Below, piece after piece: positions 35,554-44,062 of a stretch of DNA of 64,000 nucleotides (its first letter is position 1; every line of letters starts with the position of its first letter). A program made the position numbers and the translations under genes. Source of the stretch: Candidatus Falkowbacteria bacterium (GTDB lineage: Bacteria; Patescibacteriota; Patescibacteriia; Patescibacteriales; UBA12075); assembly GCA_003514005.1 (NCBI GenBank), contig DOSJ01000004.1, forward strand, positions 101,533-165,532, given 5' to 3'. The notes under the pieces are model-generated. The model was not told where the DNA came from. It saw only the letters and a list, made by a program, of their open reading frames with translations, and ran no database searches.

Positions 35554-36573
35554 ATGAACAAAATTCTTGATCTATTTGATGAAGAAAAGGTAAAAGTATT
35601 GTTTAAAGAAAAAATATTGCCGTTTTATCCGAATTTTTGTGATATTAAAAAAATTGATATCAAGGCGTATAAAAAACAGATTTGGGAAACTACTTATCAT
35701 GTTGTCTTGGAATTTAATACCAGTTTCAAAACCAAAAAAGGCAAGATTAAAAAAATGCCGATTGTCTGTTCGGCGCATTCAAACGAGCCAAGAGAAAATT
35801 TTTATATTGCCTTGTCTTATTTGTGGGAGCATAATTTTTCCGGACCTTTCTTTTCGGTTCCGCATCCGCTTTTTTATTCCGATTATTATAGGGGCGTATT
35901 TTATCGTGGTGTAGCCGGCAACACGCTTTATCATCACATAAAGAAAAATAACCGCTCCGAAATTGAAGCAATCATTCCACTTACGGCAAAATGGTTTGCA
36001 AAACTTCACAATCTTTCGGTAAATGGTACGCCGAATTTTAATTTGGAAAATAGCCGAATTGAAACGGCGCTACCCGGCATAAAGCAGATATTGGCGCGTG
36101 TTCAAGTGGTTTATCCGGAGTATTATGATATTTATCACAAAATATACAAGAAATTGGACGAAAATGAGAAAAAATTTTTTGCATCAACGAAAAAAAAATG
36201 GTTGGTGCACGGTGATGCGCATCCGGAAAATATAATCAGCATGAGCAAGCGAAAAATTGCCGCGATTGATTTTGCCGATCTTTGTCTTTCGGACTACGCG
36301 CGCGATATCGGATCATTTACGCAGCAGCTAGATTATATGTGCGGACGAAAAATCGGTGATAGTGATTTTACAAAAAAAATAAAAGAATTATTTTTAAAAA
36401 TTTATTTTGAAAATTTTAAAAATGGACAACAAGCAGGCATTGATGATCGGATAAAAAATTATTATAATTGGACTGCCATGCGCACAGCAACGTATTTTTT
36501 GACCAGATACAATCCGGATCCGAGCCGAGCCGAGCCATTGATTGAGGCGGTTGCTCATGATTTAAGATTTTAG
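35554..36573 (+). CDS. APH/choline-kinase-fold phosphotransferase
   Basis: LVHGDAHPENII (HGDxxxxN catalytic loop) and IDFAD (DFG-equivalent). Confidence 0.7.
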   Translation: MNKILDLFDEEKVKVLFKEKILPFYPNFCDIKKIDIKAYKKQIWETTYHVVLEFNTSFKTKKGKIKKMPIVCSAHSNEPRENFYIALSYLWEHNFSGPFFSVPHPLFYSDYYRGVFYRGVAGNTLYHHIKKNNRSEIEAIIPLTAKWFAKLHNLSVNGTPNFNLENSRIETALPGIKQILARVQVVYPEYYDIYHKIYKKLDENEKKFFASTKKKWLVHGDAHPENIISMSKRKIAAIDFADLCLSDYARDIGSFTQQLDYMCGRKIGDSDFTKKIKELFLKIYFENFKNGQQAGIDDRIKNYYNWTAMRTATYFLTRYNPDPSRAEPLIEAVAHDLRF

Positions 36574-36630
36574 ATTTTTGATTTATGATTTTAAATTAAA
36601 TCCTAAATCAAAAATCCTAAATCATAAATT
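36560..36630. repeat. hairpin/word repeat gattt(t/a)tga / tcataaatc
   Basis: tttaagattttagatttttgatttatgatttta / aaatcctaaatcaaaaatcctaaatcataaatt. The left arm overlaps the stop of the kinase gene. Confidence 0.8.
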
Positions 36631-36638
36631 ATATTAGT

Positions 36639-37511
36639 ATGCTAATCGACCTTCAACTTCACTCAAGATACTCCGATGGTTATTTAACGCCGGAAGAATT
36701 GGCAAAGTTTATTGCCAAGCAAGGCGTTAAAGTGGCGGCGCTTACTGACCATAATACCGTACGCGGACTTCATCAATTTAAAAAAGCCTGTGAAAAATAT
36801 GGAGTTCGCGCCATTCCGGGGATTGAGATTTATGTAACGCTGAATAATCGCCATTTCAATATCCTCTGGTATAATTTGAATCATACCTCAACTGAACTGC
36901 ACGATATGTTGCGAAATAGCCAAATCCGAAGACGACAACAAATGCGCATTGTTTTGGAAAAGATCAAAAATAACGGTTTTGTTATTGATATTAACGCGAT
37001 TATAGATAAGTACAATCACTACGCCCCGGTTAATCATATTGTTGATGATATTTGCGCGATACCGGCGAACTTAAATAAAATAAAAAAAGATTTTAAAGGA
37101 AAAAGTTTTCGTGAAAGCGACATAATTAATGATTATTTTCAAAATAAAAAATTTCCGCCTGTATTGAAAAATAGCAATATCAGTTTGGAACGGATTCTGA
37201 AATTGCGGAAAAAAATCGGCGGACAGATCATTATTTGCCATCCGGCCAAAAGCCATTTTATGAAGCGAGATTTCTGGGAAAAAATCAAAAAGTTGGGAAT
37301 TGACGGTGTTGAGTTATTATCACCCCATCATTCCTACAATGCTATCATGCATATTCAGCATCTAGCTAGGGAAATGAAATTTATTGAAACCGGCGGTTCC
37401 GATTTTCATCGTTTTGAAGGTAGTGGACACAGTATCCAGAAATCATGGAATTATTTTTTAATCGATTCTGATAATCTTTTTGGGATTGAAAAAATAATTG
37501 GTAACAATTAG
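36639..37511 (+). CDS. PHP-domain metal-dependent phosphoesterase
   Basis: IDLQLHSRYSDG, ALTDHNTVRG and GGSDFH. Confidence 0.8.
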   Translation: MLIDLQLHSRYSDGYLTPEELAKFIAKQGVKVAALTDHNTVRGLHQFKKACEKYGVRAIPGIEIYVTLNNRHFNILWYNLNHTSTELHDMLRNSQIRRRQQMRIVLEKIKNNGFVIDINAIIDKYNHYAPVNHIVDDICAIPANLNKIKKDFKGKSFRESDIINDYFQNKKFPPVLKNSNISLERILKLRKKIGGQIIICHPAKSHFMKRDFWEKIKKLGIDGVELLSPHHSYNAIMHIQHLAREMKFIETGGSDFHRFEGSGHSIQKSWNYFLIDSDNLFGIEKIIGNN

Positions 37512-37538
37512 CTTATTTTATTATAATATTGCGTTTTT

Positions 37539-38801
37539 ATGAATATAGTTATCTTTAGCGGACTGGTAAATATTGACAAAAACTTGGTTGGTACTGCTGT
37601 GATTTATAAGAAAATCGCTGATTTGGCAAAAAAACTTGGTTATCAGGTAGACATGGTTATTCCTAATTTGATTGATGCGAAAGATGATGTAAAATATTGT
37701 GTTTGGGAGAAAAAAAATAATCAGAAATTAATCAATCAAGCAGACATAGTTGTTTTTGGCGCTTATCCACCTGTTGAACCCCTGAATTATGCGAGGCAAA
37801 AGAAAAAAATCATCGTAAGCTATCTTTGGAGCGTGGCGCCCATCGGTTCGATGGAGTTTCGTGATTACAAAGACGCGAATAAACAAAGGGAGCTACATGA
37901 ATTTATCAGCTCATCATATAATTTACAGTTGTTATTATCTGATAAAATATTTTGCCGTGACCATGAAGTTAGAAAATTAATTATCGGATCACTTTTGTCT
38001 TTGGGCAGGATTGATTTGAATAATTATTACGAAGACCGAACGTTAAACAGTTTAATCGAAGCAGCACCTTTTGGGATTGAAGATAGAGAGCCGAGACACA
38101 AAAAAAATATTTATCGAGGAATAATTAACGGCATAGAAAAGAATGATTTTTTATTGCTTTCAAGCGGCGGTATCTGGAATTGGAATGACGGAGAAACTCT
38201 AGTGAAAACAATGGGATTGATTGATGAAAAATATAAATTAAAAAATATCAAATTAATATTGCAAGGTTTTCGTCATCCAGATAAAAAACAAAAATTGTCT
38301 TTTGAGGCTGAAAAAACTTTAAAACTTGCAAAAAATTATGGTTTGCTTGGCAAGAACATTTTTTTGACTGATTGGGTGCCGTTTTTAGAGCGAGAGAATT
38401 ATTTGACAGAATGTGACGCGGGCATAGTTACCTCGCCTGATATTCCAGAAGCTAACTTTTTTTTAAAAACAAGAATTTATGATTATCTCTGGGCCGAACT
38501 TCCTGTCTTGCTTGGTGATAATGAAGCTTTTGCCGGCATAGTAATGAAAAATAGATTAGGCTTAATCGCAAAATGCGGTCAAGCGGATGATTGGGCCAAG
38601 AATATTGTGTATTTGTACAAAAACAAGAAAGGTCAAAAACAAATAAAAACAAATATTAAAAAAATAAAAAAAGAAATGACCTGGAAAAAAACATTAAAAC
38701 CGATTGAAATATTTTTAAAAAATCCGAAAAAAGATAAAAATCTTTTTAAGAATGATAGAAAATTATTTATTAACAATATTAAGTATAACTCCAAATTGTA
38801 A
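37539..38801 (+). CDS. putative GT-B-fold glycosyltransferase (weak)
   Basis: 420-aa ORF in the glycogen cluster. The C-terminal half (LLSSGGIWNWNDGETL...RIYDYLWAELPVLL) has the general look of a GT1/GT4 C-domain. No firm motif. Confidence 0.45.
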   Translation: MNIVIFSGLVNIDKNLVGTAVIYKKIADLAKKLGYQVDMVIPNLIDAKDDVKYCVWEKKNNQKLINQADIVVFGAYPPVEPLNYARQKKKIIVSYLWSVAPIGSMEFRDYKDANKQRELHEFISSSYNLQLLLSDKIFCRDHEVRKLIIGSLLSLGRIDLNNYYEDRTLNSLIEAAPFGIEDREPRHKKNIYRGIINGIEKNDFLLLSSGGIWNWNDGETLVKTMGLIDEKYKLKNIKLILQGFRHPDKKQKLSFEAEKTLKLAKNYGLLGKNIFLTDWVPFLERENYLTECDAGIVTSPDIPEANFFLKTRIYDYLWAELPVLLGDNEAFAGIVMKNRLGLIAKCGQADDWAKNIVYLYKNKKGQKQIKTNIKKIKKEMTWKKTLKPIEIFLKNPKKDKNLFKNDRKLFINNIKYNSKL

Positions 38802-38810
38802 TATAAACAT

Positions 38811-40226
38811 ATGAAAAAATTAAAAGTTCTCATGGCCTCAGCCGAGATTGCGCCTTTTGCCAAGGTGGGCGGACTTGGCGATGTTGTCGGATCATTGCCA
38901 CCGGCGCTTTTTGACTTGGGGGTTGATATCCGTTTGGTGATGCCTCTCTATGGCTCGGTTGATCGTAAAAAATATGGACTGAAAAAAATCTATTCCGATT
39001 TGGAAGTGCCATCCGGACGTTTGTTTATTAAAATAAATATTTGGGAAGCAGTATTATCAGGTACAAAGATTCCGGTTTACTTTATTGATGCGCCGGAATA
39101 TTTTGATTTTGATGAAGTGTATACGCACGGAGACAATTCGGAGCGTTATTTATTTTTTTCATATGCTCTACTGCACGCTTTGCCTGCGATTGATTTTGCA
39201 CCGGATATTATCCATTGTCATGATTCGCACACCGCACTCATTCCGGATATTTTAAAAGTAAGTAATTTTGAATATTTAAAAAATATAAAAACTTTGTTTA
39301 CGATTCATAATTTTCATTATCAAGGCAAAGCGAAGCTTCCTGTACTAAGCACCGGTAATCTACATATCAACTCGCTTAAGACGCTAACAAAGGACGCAGC
39401 TGACGGTGATATAAATTTTATGGTACAGGGCGTTTTGAATGCTAACTTTGTTAATACTGTTAGTTCGACTTATGCCAAAGAAATAACCACTAGTGCCTAT
39501 GGGGCAAGATTGGATAATGTGATCAGACAACGTAAAGAAGATTTGTCCGGTGTTTTAAACGGAATTGATGCGGATTTTTTTAATCCGGAAAATGATAAAT
39601 ATATCTTTAAGAATTATTCAGAAAAAACTCTTGAGAATAAAATTGATAATAAATTGGTGTTGCAAAAACGCTTGGGTTTGCCGGTTGATAAAAATATTGC
39701 CTTGGTCGGATTGGTTTCGCGTTTGGCTTGGCAAAAAGGAATCGATTTGATTACAAAAGATTTTTCAAAGCTTAAATGTCAATTCGTCTTTTTGGGAACC
39801 GGACATTTCGAGTATGAAAAACATCTCTTAAAATTATCGCATAAGTTTCCCGAACAGTTTAGCGCTCAGATCAAGTTTGAATTAAAACTGGCGCAGGAAA
39901 TATATGCTGGATCCGATATTTTTATTATGCCATCGCGTTATGAACCGTGCGGTTTGGGACAGATGATTGCCATGCGTTACGGCACTATTCCGGTCGTGCG
40001 CGCAACCGGCGGCTTGGTTGATACGGTTAATCCGCGCCTCGGGTTTAGTTTTAAAAATGTTGATAGCGGAGAATTTTATGGTGCCTTGGAAAAAGCGCTG
40101 GACGTATATTATGAGAATAAAAGTTTGTGGCGCGCTATGCAGAAAAATGGGATGAAGAGTGATTTTTCTTGGAAGAGGTCGGCGGGAGACTACTTAAAAC
40201 TTTATAGAAAGCTCGTTTTTAAGTAA
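38811..40226 (+). CDS. glgA: glycogen/starch synthase (GT5), copy 2
   Basis: AEIAPFAKVGGLGDV, HCHDSHTA and EPCGLGQMIAMRYG. Confidence 0.9.
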   Translation: MKKLKVLMASAEIAPFAKVGGLGDVVGSLPPALFDLGVDIRLVMPLYGSVDRKKYGLKKIYSDLEVPSGRLFIKINIWEAVLSGTKIPVYFIDAPEYFDFDEVYTHGDNSERYLFFSYALLHALPAIDFAPDIIHCHDSHTALIPDILKVSNFEYLKNIKTLFTIHNFHYQGKAKLPVLSTGNLHINSLKTLTKDAADGDINFMVQGVLNANFVNTVSSTYAKEITTSAYGARLDNVIRQRKEDLSGVLNGIDADFFNPENDKYIFKNYSEKTLENKIDNKLVLQKRLGLPVDKNIALVGLVSRLAWQKGIDLITKDFSKLKCQFVFLGTGHFEYEKHLLKLSHKFPEQFSAQIKFELKLAQEIYAGSDIFIMPSRYEPCGLGQMIAMRYGTIPVVRATGGLVDTVNPRLGFSFKNVDSGEFYGALEKALDVYYENKSLWRAMQKNGMKSDFSWKRSAGDYLKLYRKLVFK

Positions 40227-40248
40227 AGCATTTCTTAATAGAACGTTC

Positions 40249-40422
40249 ATTAGGGAATAGGGATGGGAAATTAGGTACTTAGGTACTTAGGGCATAGGAG
40301 TTGGAAATTTAAGATTTATATAAAAAAATAAACTCAATTATATTTGAGTTTATTTTTTTAGATAAAATGATGATACCATACCCCCTATGCCCTAAGTACC
40401 TAAGTACCTAATTCCCTTATTA
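40249..40422. repeat. aggtacttagg-family long inverted repeat clamping a bidirectional terminator; right arm overlaps the trmD stop
   Basis: Left arm ttagggaatagggatgggaaattaggtacttaggtacttagggcatagg and right arm ccccctatgccctaagtacctaagtacctaattcccttatt. They enclose aaaaaaataaactcaa-ttatat-ttgagtttattttttt (40322-40360). Confidence 0.85.
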
Positions 40423-41111
40423 CTCCGTCTCCATTTCTCAATCTCCGCATGATTGCCAGATAACAAAACCTCCGGCACCTTATGTTCATGGCTATTGCTA
40501 TCAATAAAAACCTCCGGTCTTGTGTACTGAGGATATTCGAGCTCGCCCGGAATAGAATGCGATTCGTCTTGCGCGCTTTGTTCGTTGCCGAGTACGCCGG
40601 GCAATAGTCGCGTGATTGAATCAACCAATGCCATTGCGCCGATTTCACCGCCGGTCAAAACATAATCGCCGATTGAGATTTCTTCGTCAATGAATTCCGT
40701 TATTCTTTCATCTACGCCCTCATAGCGGCCGCAGACTAGAGTGATGTTTTCTAAGTTCGCGTATTCCTTTGCTTTTTGTTGATTCCATTTTTGGCCTTTG
40801 GCAGATAATAAAATAATTTTTGTATTAGGTATTAAGTATTTAGTATTGTGCAATTCAGGCTGTATATTATTGCTTAATACTTGATACTTAATACTTGATA
40901 CTGTTTTGTATAAAATATCGACTTTCATAACCATTCCAGCGCCGCCGCCGTATGGTGTGTCATCGACCGTTTTATGTTTGTCCGTTGTATAGTCACGCAG
41001 ATTGATAATATTTATTTTTATATTCCCTTGTTCTTGCGCGCGCTTAAGAATGCTCTCGTTGAAATAAGAGTTGAAAATTTCGGGGAAGATTGTGATTATG
41101 TTAAAAGTCAT
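40392..41111 (-). CDS. trmD: tRNA (guanine37-N1)-methyltransferase
   Basis: TIFPEIF, DDTPYGGGAGMVM, VCGRYEGVDERI, IGDYVLTGGE and LLSGNHAEIEKWR. Start taken at MTFNIITIFPE. The track start 41126 lies inside the MITE terminal repeat. Confidence 0.92.
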   Translation of the reverse strand: MTFNIITIFPEIFNSYFNESILKRAQEQGNIKINIINLRDYTTDKHKTVDDTPYGGGAGMVMKVDILYKTVSSIKYQVLSNNIQPELHNTKYLIPNTKIILLSAKGQKWNQQKAKEYANLENITLVCGRYEGVDERITEFIDEEISIGDYVLTGGEIGAMALVDSITRLLPGVLGNEQSAQDESHSIPGELEYPQYTRPEVFIDSNSHEHKVPEVLLSGNHAEIEKWRRSNKGIRYLGT

Positions 41112-41120
41112 ATATGCATC

Positions 41121-41255
41121 TGTCATTCCCGCGAAGGCGGGAATCTTGGTTTAAAAATAATAAAATATTTTAATTTTTTGAAGGTTGTAAAATCATTTCA
41201 AGAAAATAAATTCGGTGATTTGTTTACCGAGATTCCCGCTTTCGCGGGAATGACA
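41121..41255. mobile_element. MITE-like element, copy 1 (135 bp) with 26-bp hairpin-containing terminal inverted repeats
   Basis: tgtcattcccgcgaaggcgggaatct ... agattcccgctttcgcgggaatgaca. No ORF. Lies between khpA and trmD. Confidence 0.65.
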
Positions 41256-41355
41256 AAAGTGTTTATTCGTAGATTAGCATTTTTATTTTTATTTGACTAT
41301 CAAAAAGCCACGAACAAAATGTTGTGGCTTTTTGAATATCTGATTTTGTTTTAGA

Positions 41356-41688
41356 TTAAATTCTTAAATCATCAACACTTGAAGTATCGATATCAGCAGT
41401 TGGACGTTGTTCTCTGCGTGCCGGTCTTTGTGATCCTTCCGGTTCGTTGATTTTTAAGTTTACTCGGGCGTTATTTTTTGCACCTACGATTTTAAGCAAA
41501 GTGCGGATAGCCTGAGCGGTTTGACCGCGGCGGCCGATAACATAACCCATGTCTTCGGGACTGATGGAAAGGGTCAAAAGAACACCTCTTTCATCAACTG
41601 TTCTGTCAACAGAAACGCCTTCCGGACGTCCGACAATCGACTTTACGACGTACTCTAAAAAATCTTTGTCTTGTACATTTTCTACCAT
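41356..41688 (-). CDS. khpA: KH-domain RNA-binding protein (KhpA/UPF0109) with C-terminal extension
   Basis: SVDRTVDERGVLLTLSISPEDMGYVIGRRGQTAQAIRTLLK matches the KhpA pattern. Extra ~30-aa tail. Confidence 0.85.
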   Translation of the reverse strand: MVENVQDKDFLEYVVKSIVGRPEGVSVDRTVDERGVLLTLSISPEDMGYVIGRRGQTAQAIRTLLKIVGAKNNARVNLKINEPEGSQRPARREQRPTADIDTSSVDDLRI

Positions 41689-41828
41689 AGTTTTTTGCTT
41701 TGGGATTTATGGCTTAATAGCCATAGACCTAAAGCGTACTTAATAATTAATTCATCCTGTTCGTTTTGCTATGCAGGAATATTATGTGTATATTATAACA
41801 CAAATATAATATTTGTCAATAGCCTGTT

Positions 41829-42224
41829 TTATTTGGCTTTTTCAGCAGTTTCTTCTGTATTTTCTTTTTTATCCTCAGTTTCGGTTTTTGCTTTTATATC
41901 GGCTAAACGCTTTTCGTTCTCTTCTTTTAAACGCTTTATCACCTCTTCTTTGGTATTTTTACCGGTTTTTGAGGCTGTAACCTTGTCACCTTTGATTATT
42001 TCTTTTTGTAATAAAAGGTTATTAACGGTCGGGGACATTCCAGCACCATTTTTCAACCAATATTCAATTCGGTCTTTTTTTGCGGTTAATTCCTTGGTAA
42101 ATGGGTTATAAGCACCTAATATTTCCAAGGCGCGGCCATATGGATCTTTGGTTTTTTCGGAAATAATCAGACGATAAGTCGGTTTTTTCTTTTTCCCGAT
42201 TCTTGATAATCTAATAGTTAGCAT
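41829..42224 (-). CDS. rpsP: 30S ribosomal protein S16 with Lys/Glu-rich extension
   Basis: MLTIRLSRIGKKKKPTYRLII...GAYNP...IEYWLKNGA aligns with E. coli S16. ~50-aa charged tail. Confidence 0.95.
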   Translation of the reverse strand: MLTIRLSRIGKKKKPTYRLIISEKTKDPYGRALEILGAYNPFTKELTAKKDRIEYWLKNGAGMSPTVNNLLLQKEIIKGDKVTASKTGKNTKEEVIKRLKEENEKRLADIKAKTETEDKKENTEETAEKAK

Positions 42225-42284
42225 AGTTTATGTAAAAATATCACGTTTATCTTTATGATTAGCGTTTATTTTTATTAAATCTCT

Positions 42285-42326
42285 CCGCGGATTTATGCGG
42301 ATATAAACGCGGATAGACGCGGATAT
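42285..42326. repeat. four GCGGAT(A/T) direct repeats upstream of rpsP
   Basis: ccgcggatttatgcggatataaacgcggatagacgcggatat. Repeat starts are spaced 10, 12 and 10 bp apart. Confidence 0.6.
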
Positions 42327-42692
42327 TTTTTGGAATAATCTTTATTTTATTTAAAAAAAATTTTTGCAGCAATAAAACAAGAAGAGCAAGAGCAAAAATT
42401 AAAAAAGATATTCAAAAATACCTTTTTAACCCTTTTGTTTTACATTGATAATATAGCAATTAGAGCGGGAGAAGTCAAGGGGATAGCTTCTCGATGCATG
42501 AGGCAAGTATAAAATGACTATTTTTTGACATCAATTATATTATTTGCTATTGTTGTAGTAACAATAGGAAAAAACTAGTCTAAATTGTTATTAACTTTTT
42601 AAATTCTTATTTTATTTTTAAAAATTCGATTTAAGCTTATTCATTTTTAGGCTTGATGAATCTGATATTTAAAAATAAAAACATAAAAAATT

Positions 42693-43652
42693 ATGAAAAA
42701 AATTCTGTTTTTGGTTTTAATTTTAGTTTTTTTTAGCGCAGGCTGTTCTTTGACTAGCAAAACCAAAGAGACAAAAGCATTAACTGCGGAAGAAGCAAAG
42801 GTGCGGGTGGTTGATTTTATTAATAAAAATTTAATGCAACCAGGATCTGAGGTGTCTATTAAAGAAATAAGCGAGGAGAATGGAATGTACAAGATTATTG
42901 TAAATATCAGCGAAGGGCAAGAAATCACATCATATCTGACAAAGGATGGAAAAAAGTTTTTCCCGCAAGTAATGGATATTGACGAGGTTGCCGCACAAAA
43001 CGCGCAAAAAAAAGAAGCTGGGGATGATTCTACGGCTGCTAATCAAGAAATTCCAAAACAAGACAAGGCAACAGCGGAATTATTTGTGATGGCTTTTTGT
43101 CCTTATGGCGTACAAGCCGAAGATGCGATGTTGCCGGTAGTTGATTTGTTAAAAGGTAAGGCAGATATCAATATTAGATTTATTGCCAGTATCGAGGGCG
43201 ATGATATTAATCAAGTGAAATCACTGCACGGCGCGATTGAAGGCATTGAAGATGCTCGCCAGCTTTGTGTTGCCAAAAATTATGACAATGCGACTTTATG
43301 GAAATATGTCAGTGAGATTAATAAAAATTGTTATTCCATATATAATCAGGGCGATGATGTTTACAAAAAGTGTTGGGAAGCGGCCGCAAAAACCGCAAAG
43401 GTGGATGTTGGTAAAATTACTAAATGCGTGAGCAGTGAAGGTCCTGACTTGATTCGCGCCGAGGACGCAGTAGCCAGCGCTAATGGCGTATCCGGTTCCC
43501 CGACATTGATAATTAATGGCGTGAAATACAACGGCAGTAGAACCGCCGATGGTTTCAAAAATGCGATCTGCAGTGGATTCACCACTCCACCAGCTGAATG
43601 TTCCGAAGTATTGGATACGACTGCGGCAGCAGCAAGCGGTGGTTGCGAATAA
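42693..43652 (+). CDS. lipoprotein with thioredoxin/DsbA-like domain
   Basis: Lipobox LVFFSAGCS. FVMAFCPYGVQAE has a CxxG/CPYG-type redox-like motif in a thioredoxin-fold context, followed by GSPTLIINGVKY. Confidence 0.6.
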   Translation: MKKILFLVLILVFFSAGCSLTSKTKETKALTAEEAKVRVVDFINKNLMQPGSEVSIKEISEENGMYKIIVNISEGQEITSYLTKDGKKFFPQVMDIDEVAAQNAQKKEAGDDSTAANQEIPKQDKATAELFVMAFCPYGVQAEDAMLPVVDLLKGKADINIRFIASIEGDDINQVKSLHGAIEGIEDARQLCVAKNYDNATLWKYVSEINKNCYSIYNQGDDVYKKCWEAAAKTAKVDVGKITKCVSSEGPDLIRAEDAVASANGVSGSPTLIINGVKYNGSRTADGFKNAICSGFTTPPAECSEVLDTTAAAASGGCE

Positions 43653-43682
43653 ACTTAATAAAAAGAATTGACATAAAACTAC

Positions 43683-43720
43683 TGCCCCACTTTTTTTGAA
43701 AGTTGGGGCGGTTTTTTTTG
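43683..43720 (+). terminator. intrinsic terminator
   Basis: tgccccac...gttggggcg stem followed by gttttttttg. Confidence 0.6.
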
Positions 43721-43759
43721 TTTTTTATAATTTCTTACTAATTCTGAAAAACCCGTTCC

Positions 43760-43875
43760 GTAAAGACTTGCATTAGTTATTTTCTTGCTGTGGAACTCGA
43801 CTTTTTTCTTTAATATTTATTTTGGAAGCGTCTCAGACAGTCCTCGCTTCGAAAATAACTAATGCAAGTCTTTAC
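43760..43875. repeat. perfect 24-bp inverted repeat with 68-nt spacer upstream of rpsA
   Basis: gtaaagacttgcattagttatttt (43760-43783) / aaaataactaatgcaagtctttac (43852-43875). Confidence 0.85.
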
Positions 43876-44062
43876 TTCACTGTCGTTTATTGTTTAAATT
43901 GGTGCTTGCATTTTATTTAATATATTGTATAATAAACAAAGAATAAAAACTGCATACACGCCTGTAATTAAATCTTTGGAAAAATACCCCTAATATTAGG
44001 GAAAGGCGGCCAAAGAACTTGCCCTAGGGCGGGTTAAGATGCTTTTTTTTATTTGTAATAAT

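Noticed and set aside
41112-41126. Upstream ATG (track start 41126) for trmD
   Set aside because: The extra five codons (MTDAY) lie inside the MITE terminal repeat. Homology with TrmD begins at MTFNIITIFPE. It is kept only as a possible alternative start.
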